Shown: positions 8,402-12,315 of the stretch, in pieces
How the letters are laid out: the number at the start of each line of letters is the position of its first letter
How positions within the stretch are numbered: position 1 is the first letter of the stretch
Assembly (NCBI GenBank): GCA_046757165.1
Contig: JBHHXT010000143.1
Coordinates: 1 to 12,315, forward strand
Length of the DNA stretch: 12,315 nucleotides
Reading direction: 5' to 3'
From: a bacterium
GTDB lineage: Bacteria > Zhuqueibacterota > Zhuqueibacteria > Oceanimicrobiales > Oceanimicrobiaceae
The notes under the pieces: generated by a model
Seen by the model: the letters and a program-made list of their open reading frames with translations, nothing else
Databases searched by the model: none
What the model was told of the DNA's origin: nothing
Translations under genes and position numbers: made by a program

Positions 8402-8493
8402 GTAATGGGTCAGTTACGGTGAGAGTAGCGCAGGCATCCTGCCTGCAGTCTGGAAGAAGGCATTACATTTTCCACCCGTAACTGACCGATTAC
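8402..8493. mobile_element. MITE-like 92-bp element with ~20-bp terminal inverted repeats, an internal GTAG-REP hairpin and a probable 8-bp target-site duplication
   Basis: Left end GTAATGGGTCAGTTACGGTG; right end reverse-complements to GTAATCGGTCAGTTACGGGTG. Flanks TTGCAATT (8394-8401) and TTGCAGTT (8494-8501). Internal GTAG-C-GCAGGCA-TCC-TGCCTGC. The left 56 bp recur at 7556-7611. Confidence 0.65.
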
Positions 8494-8499
8494 TTGCAG

Positions 8500-8528
8500 T
8501 TGCTTTTTCGGTAAAAAGTTGGTAGTTT
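8500..8528 (+). promoter_or_regulatory. Putative sigma70 promoter upstream of modABC
   Basis: TTGCTT (8500-8505), 17-nt spacer ending in TGG (extended -10), TAGTTT (8523-8528). The predicted start site (~8533-8535) coincides with the 5' end of a long stem. Confidence 0.5.
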
Positions 8529-8532
8529 ATTG

Positions 8533-8685
8533 CTCAGTTTTCATTCGAATTTTGAACTCAGGATTGACGATCGCGACGGATATCTAGCGGAGCGGTTTCC
8601 GTCGCAGCCTGACAAATCGAGACTGAGGGTTGCGGAGACCGCAGACAGGATCCAACACAGTCGCAGACCGTGTTGGATCATTTCT
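8533..8685 (+). ncRNA. Candidate structured RNA (mod leader or independent sRNA), family not recognised
   Basis: Nested stems 8533-8540/8620-8627, 8558-8562/8608-8612 and 8573-8580/8598-8605, followed by hairpins 8631-8643 and 8649-8679 (perfect 10-bp stem). Confidence 0.4.
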
Positions 8686-8725
8686 GGATCTTTGTTGCAA
8701 TTTTTCATCCCATAATGGAACCATT

Positions 8726-9520
8726 TTGACCAGAAACCACCTCTGGCAGGCCGTCACCTTGCTTGCCTTGCTTGGCGCCCTCTATGGCGCGTGTTCACGA
8801 TCTGGCGGTAAACCTGATCCGCTGCGCTTGTTCGCGGCCGCCAGTCTCGCCTCCGTCATGCCGGAGGTGGTGGCGGAGTTCCAGGCGCGGCATCGCACCG
8901 TTCTTGTCGAGCTGAACTTCGCTGCTTCTTCAATGCTGGCCAAACAGATCGCGTTCGGCGCGGATGCCGACATCTATTTCTCGGCCAACCCGCAGTGGAT
9001 GGACTACCTGGAAAAGGAGCGCCGCCTGCGACCGGGCTCGCGTCGCGATGTGCTGCGCAACAAGCTCGTCGTGATCACGCCCGCGGCTTCCGGGCTTGCG
9101 CTCACCACCTTGCGCGACCTGACCACCGCTGACATCGAACGGATTGCCCTGGGCGATTGGTCGCACGTGCCGGTAGGAATGTACGCCAGAGAGGCCCTGC
9201 AGCAGGCCGGCGTGTGGCCCGCTCTCGAAGCGAGATGCCTGTCAGCTCTGGATGCCCGCGCCGTCCTGACCTACGTTGAACGTAGCGAGGCGGACTGTGG
9301 CCTGGTCTACCGCACCGACGCAGCGCTGAGCCCGCACGTGCACACCGCTTTCGAGCTGCCGGCCGGCCGCCAACCGGACATTCGTTATGCTGTCGCTATC
9401 CTGGAGCGTTCATCCCATCCGCTGAGCGCTGATTTCCTGGCCTTCTTACGGACGGTGGCGGCGCGGCAGATTTTTGAACGGTACGGCTTTGAACCTGTCG
9501 AGGACGGGGCAAACGATTGA
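8726..9520 (+). CDS. modA: Molybdate ABC transporter substrate-binding protein (probable lipoprotein)
   Basis: Motifs LFAAASL, FAASSMLAKQI..GADADIYFSAN, NKLVVI, IALGD..VPVG.YA.EAL and GLVYRTDA. The ORF track starts at 8630, but the in-frame TTG at 8726 gives a proper signal peptide with a lipobox (MTRNHLWQAVTLLALLGALYGAC). Confidence 0.93.
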   Translation: MTRNHLWQAVTLLALLGALYGACSRSGGKPDPLRLFAAASLASVMPEVVAEFQARHRTVLVELNFAASSMLAKQIAFGADADIYFSANPQWMDYLEKERRLRPGSRRDVLRNKLVVITPAASGLALTTLRDLTTADIERIALGDWSHVPVGMYAREALQQAGVWPALEARCLSALDARAVLTYVERSEADCGLVYRTDAALSPHVHTAFELPAGRQPDIRYAVAILERSSHPLSADFLAFLRTVAARQIFERYGFEPVEDGAND

Positions 9521-10188
9521 ATCCCTACTGGCCAATCATCCTGCTTTCTCTCAAGGTCGCCACCCTTGCCACTCTGATCTTGCTTCCGGTGGGCACCACC
9601 CTCGGCTGGCTCTTTGCGCGCAAAACGTTTCCGGGAAAATCGCTGGTCGAGGCCGTGGTCAACGTTCCGCTCGTGCTGCCGCCCATCGTCACCGGATATT
9701 TCCTGTTGGTGCTGCTGGGACCCAGAAGCTTGCCCGGACAGTGGCTCGCTGCGCTGGGCCTGCCGCTTGCCTTTACCTGGCGCGCGGCGGTGGTGGCCTC
9801 GGCCGTGGTGAGCATGCCGCTCCTGATTCGGGCGGTGCGGGTCGCCATCGAGGCGGTAGATGTGAAACTGGAGGATGCCGCGCGCATGCTGCGGGCCAAC
9901 GAGTGGCAGATTTTTTTCAGAATTACGCTGCCCCTGGCCATCAACGGGATCATCGCCGGCGCCGTGCTCGCCTTTGCGCGCGCACTGGGCGAATTCGGCG
10001 CCACCATCGTCTTTGCCAGCAATATTCAGGACGCCCGCACCATGCCCCTGGCTATCTTCTCCTACCTCAACCAGGTCGGCGGCGAGGAGAAGGCGCGCAT
10101 CCTGGTCATCGCTGCCATGGCTCTGGCCTATTTGAGTATCTTGCTCAACGAATTTCTCATGCGGCGCTTCAAGCATGCTGGAAATTAA
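9517..10188 (+). CDS. modB: Molybdate ABC transporter permease
   Basis: LSLKVA, PLVLPPIVTGYFLL, EAA-like loop LEDAARMLRA, FARALGEFGATI and TMPLAIF. 4-nt overlap with modA. Confidence 0.95.
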   Translation: MNPYWPIILLSLKVATLATLILLPVGTTLGWLFARKTFPGKSLVEAVVNVPLVLPPIVTGYFLLVLLGPRSLPGQWLAALGLPLAFTWRAAVVASAVVSMPLLIRAVRVAIEAVDVKLEDAARMLRANEWQIFFRITLPLAINGIIAGAVLAFARALGEFGATIVFASNIQDARTMPLAIFSYLNQVGGEEKARILVIAAMALAYLSILLNEFLMRRFKHAGN

Positions 10189-11245
10189 GATCAGAAAACA
10201 GCTCGCCGCGTTCAGCCTGCGATTGGACCTGGCGCTCGAGCCTGCGTTCACCGCCCTGTTCGGGCCATCCGGCTCCGGCAAGACCACCACCCTGAACCTG
10301 CTCGCCGGCCTGCTGACACCGGATGATGGCGAAATTGCGCTCGATGGCAGACTCCTGTTCTCAAAAGAAAAGAAAATCAACCTCAAGCCGCGCGCCCGCA
10401 ACCTGGGCTATATTTTCCAGGAAAGCCGGCTCTTCCCCCATCTCTCGGTGCAGCAAAATTTGCAATTCGGATTGCGCCGGCCCTCGGAGCACAGCCGGGC
10501 GTTCGACTTCGACGAAATCGTCGCCGTCGCCGGTCTCGCGCCGTTGCTGCCGCGCATGCCGGGCGATCTTTCCGGCGGGGAAAAACAGCGCGCCGCCCTG
10601 GCGCGCGCCATCTTAGCCGCCCCCGACTATCTGCTCATGGACGAGCCCCTGGCCGCGCTCGACCAGCCCGTCCGGCTCGCGTTGCTCGAATTTCTCAAGG
10701 AAGTGCATGAGCGGTTGGCGCTGCCCATTTTGTACGTCACGCATGACCTCTCCAACGTGATCAATTTTGCTGACCAGGTCGTGGTTCTGAAGGCAGGCAC
10801 ACAGGTTGGCGTCGGCCCGCCGCTGGCGTTGCTGGACAAAATGAGCGCGCCGCCGCTGGTCTCGCGCGAAGATATCGCCAACATTTTTCAAGCCGAAATC
10901 ACCGCGCACGATGCGGCAAAAGGCGTGACCCGCGTACAGGCAAAGGGTCTGGAGCTCATCCTGCCGCGGTTGCACGCTGCAGTTGGCGAGAACGTCCTGC
11001 TCAACCTGCCCGCCTCTGAAATCATCCTGTCCGTCATCCAGCCGCAAGGACTCAGCGCCAGCAACATCTTCCGCGGCCAGATCACCGCCATCCACCACAT
11101 CGGCGAGCGCGTTTTCGTCGCCATCGCCGCCGGCGAAACCTTTACCGTGGAAATCGTGCAAGCGACCGTCAAACGGCTGGCGCTGGCCGTGGGGAAAGAG
11201 GTGTTCTTGATTTTCAAAGCAAGCTCGTTCAGGAGGTTGGGGTAG
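10175..11245 (+). CDS. modC: Molybdate ABC transporter ATP-binding protein with C-terminal TOBE domains
   Basis: Walker A GPSGSGKTT, Q-loop YIFQESRLFPHL, signature LSGGEKQR, Walker B LLMDEP, H-loop YVTHD, and a TOBE-like C-terminus (SASNIFRGQI...LALAVGKEVFLIFKA). Confidence 0.95.
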   Translation: MLEIKIRKQLAAFSLRLDLALEPAFTALFGPSGSGKTTTLNLLAGLLTPDDGEIALDGRLLFSKEKKINLKPRARNLGYIFQESRLFPHLSVQQNLQFGLRRPSEHSRAFDFDEIVAVAGLAPLLPRMPGDLSGGEKQRAALARAILAAPDYLLMDEPLAALDQPVRLALLEFLKEVHERLALPILYVTHDLSNVINFADQVVVLKAGTQVGVGPPLALLDKMSAPPLVSREDIANIFQAEITAHDAAKGVTRVQAKGLELILPRLHAAVGENVLLNLPASEIILSVIQPQGLSASNIFRGQITAIHHIGERVFVAIAAGETFTVEIVQATVKRLALAVGKEVFLIFKASSFRRLG

Positions 11246-11257
11246 GAAACTCATTCT

Positions 11258-11279
11258 TTTCGCAGACGTCGCTGCGAAA
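11258..11279. terminator. Hairpin between convergent modC and the TA locus (possible terminator)
   Basis: TTTCGCAG-ACGTCG-CTGCGAAA, an 8-bp stem 12 nt after the modC stop. No good U-tract on either strand. Confidence 0.3.
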
Positions 11280-11328
11280 TAAGTCATTCGCGCTTCGCGC
11301 CGTCATTTGCCCTGAGGGCGGCAGTTGA

Positions 11329-11442
11329 TCATCGCTTGCGGGCTTCTATCGCAAGGCTACGCGTGTCCAAGACGTCGTGCCCCCAGGAGGTGAGCGTTTT
11401 GGCAACCTTTGGTGAGATATTCTGGTCGAGTAGGAACTTCAC
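11329..11442 (-). pseudogene. DUF5615 family PIN-like toxin, frameshifted/truncated remnant
   Basis: Not in the ORF track. A GTG overlapping the DUF433 stop (GTGA) reads MKFLLDQNISPKVAKTLTSWGHDVLDTRSLAIEARKR* (37 aa), matching the MKFLLDxN.....L...GHDV start of DUF5615 proteins. The next expected motif, ASDDQL, is in a shifted frame. Confidence 0.8.
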
Positions 11443-11672
11443 GATCCAATCGAGGTCAATAACTGGATTTCCTCATTGTCAATCGTGAAGCGTGCATATT
11501 GGAATGCCTGTTTGATGTCGTCGTCCGAAAGCTCCGGGAGCTCATCTTTGATCTCCGAAAAAATCAAGCCTTCTTCCAACTGGGCCAAAATAACAGATAC
11601 CATAATACGCGTACCTTTTATGCACGGCTTCCCGTGACAAATCTTCGGATCGATTGAAATGCGGTCAAGCAT
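11439..11672 (-). CDS. DUF433 domain protein (putative antitoxin)
   Basis: RISIDPKICHGKPCIKGTRIMVSVIL..L.EG....EI....PELS.DDI..A..YA is the canonical DUF433 pattern. Confidence 0.93.
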   Translation of the reverse strand: MLDRISIDPKICHGKPCIKGTRIMVSVILAQLEEGLIFSEIKDELPELSDDDIKQAFQYARFTIDNEEIQLLTSIGS

Positions 11673-11864
11673 GAGCGGGGTTCACTATCCTGGTTCGTAA
11701 ATGCGAATTCTAACTCTAATCCTATCTCGTAGTGCAATTAAATCAAACTCAGACTTGACGAGCCACCTTGACCGCATTGGGGCTCGGGCATGCTGTCAAT
11801 TAGAATTTACACTATTTTCTGGAGGATGCAATCAAAAAGTGCGGTGCTACAGGTCAATCAATGG

Positions 11865-11952
11865 CTCACCGCAAAGGCGCAGAGACCGCAAAGAGTAGGC
11901 CCGAGGAAGAATCTCAATCAGAACTTGGCGTGCTTCTGCGCCTTTGCGTGAG
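11865..11952. repeat. ~90-bp palindromic repeat element, copy A
   Basis: CTCACCGCAAAGGCGCAGA...TCTGCGCCTTTGCGTGAG, with an internal segment similar to copy B. Confidence 0.85.
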
Positions 11953-12120
11953 GCGTCAAGCAATGTTGCTAAATCTTCACTTGTATTTCACCTCCACAAT
12001 GTTTTAAATAGTTTAGTATTTTCAGTCTCTCAACCGAGCAACTACCTGCGAAGAACTGACATAGATGGAGGGGCGGCATGGGAACCGATATGTCATTTCA
12101 ATCTCAACCACATAAATCTA

Positions 12121-12214
12121 AATGCTCACGCAAAGGCGCAGAGAGTGCAAAGAGTCGCACGAGGAAGGATCCTCAAACAGAACTCTGCGTGCTTTGCGCC
12201 TTTGCGTGAGCATT
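12121..12214. repeat. ~90-bp palindromic repeat element, copy B
   Basis: Perfect 20-bp inverted repeat: AATGCTCACGCAAAGGCGCA (12121-12140) / TGCGCCTTTGCGTGAGCATT (12195-12214). Confidence 0.9.
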
Positions 12215-12272
12215 CGACAACGTTGTCAATATTGCGTCCGGGGGGTGGATGGGCTTAGATTCGATGAGTTTC

Positions 12273-12315
12273 ATGCTCACGCAAAGGCGAAGAGAGCGGG
12301 AAGAAAAACTCTGCG
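12273..12315. repeat. Palindromic repeat element, copy C (shorter interior, cut by the window edge)
   Basis: ATGCTCACGCAAAGGCGAAGAGAG...AACTCTGCG shares the left arm and the start of the right arm with copy B. Confidence 0.8.

Noticed and set aside
8630..8725. N-terminal extension of ModA in the ORF track
   Set aside because: It would bury the signal peptide 32 residues in and runs through strong hairpins. TTG 8726 gives a normal lipoprotein signal.
8533..8725. Canonical Moco riboswitch, SRP RNA, 6S RNA or ModE box upstream of modA
   Set aside because: The hallmarks I know (Moco GCCUCCC/GGAAAGG, SRP CAGGUCCGGAAGGAAGCAG, ModE CGxTATATA-N-TATATAxCG) are not visible, and the rod is too short for 6S. 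A cmscan is needed to exclude them formally.
9385..11287. Long - strand ORFs 9385..10401 and 10613..11287, and alternative-frame + ORF 9474..10295
   Set aside because: They overlap modB/modC, which carry all the expected family motifs; these are shadow frames.
11701..12258. ORFs 11701..11898 and 11944..12258
   Set aside because: They run through palindromic repeats and AT-rich intergenic DNA, with no SD or protein-like features.
11865..12315. CRISPR array
   Set aside because: Units are ~90-bp degenerate palindromes with irregular spacing, and no cas genes are in the window.

Overview
Bacterial chromosomal window, probably from a diderm (lipoboxes and a likely outer-membrane beta-barrel), with GC-rich genes and AT-rich, repeat-laden intergenic regions. 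In order: a membrane-bound hybrid histidine kinase with a FixL-like PAS domain (-); a divergent three-gene envelope operon (+: membrane coiled-coil protein, lipoprotein, secreted alpha/beta-hydrolase fused to a putative 12-stranded beta-barrel); an unknown ~8-TM protein built from two KDAPxEGF repeats (-); a CoA-type Nudix hydrolase (-) bracketed by two 56-bp direct repeats with a GTAG-REP hairpin, the second inside a small TIR/TSD-bounded element; a modABC molybdate ABC transporter (+) preceded by a sigma70-like promoter and a ~150-nt structured non-coding region; a DUF433 antitoxin with a frameshifted DUF5615/PIN toxin remnant (-); and three ~90-bp palindromic repeat elements. The best novelty candidates are the structured RNA upstream of modA, the hydrolase-barrel operon and the duplicated-repeat membrane protein. 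All family assignments are by-eye motif recognition; no searches or folding programs were run.
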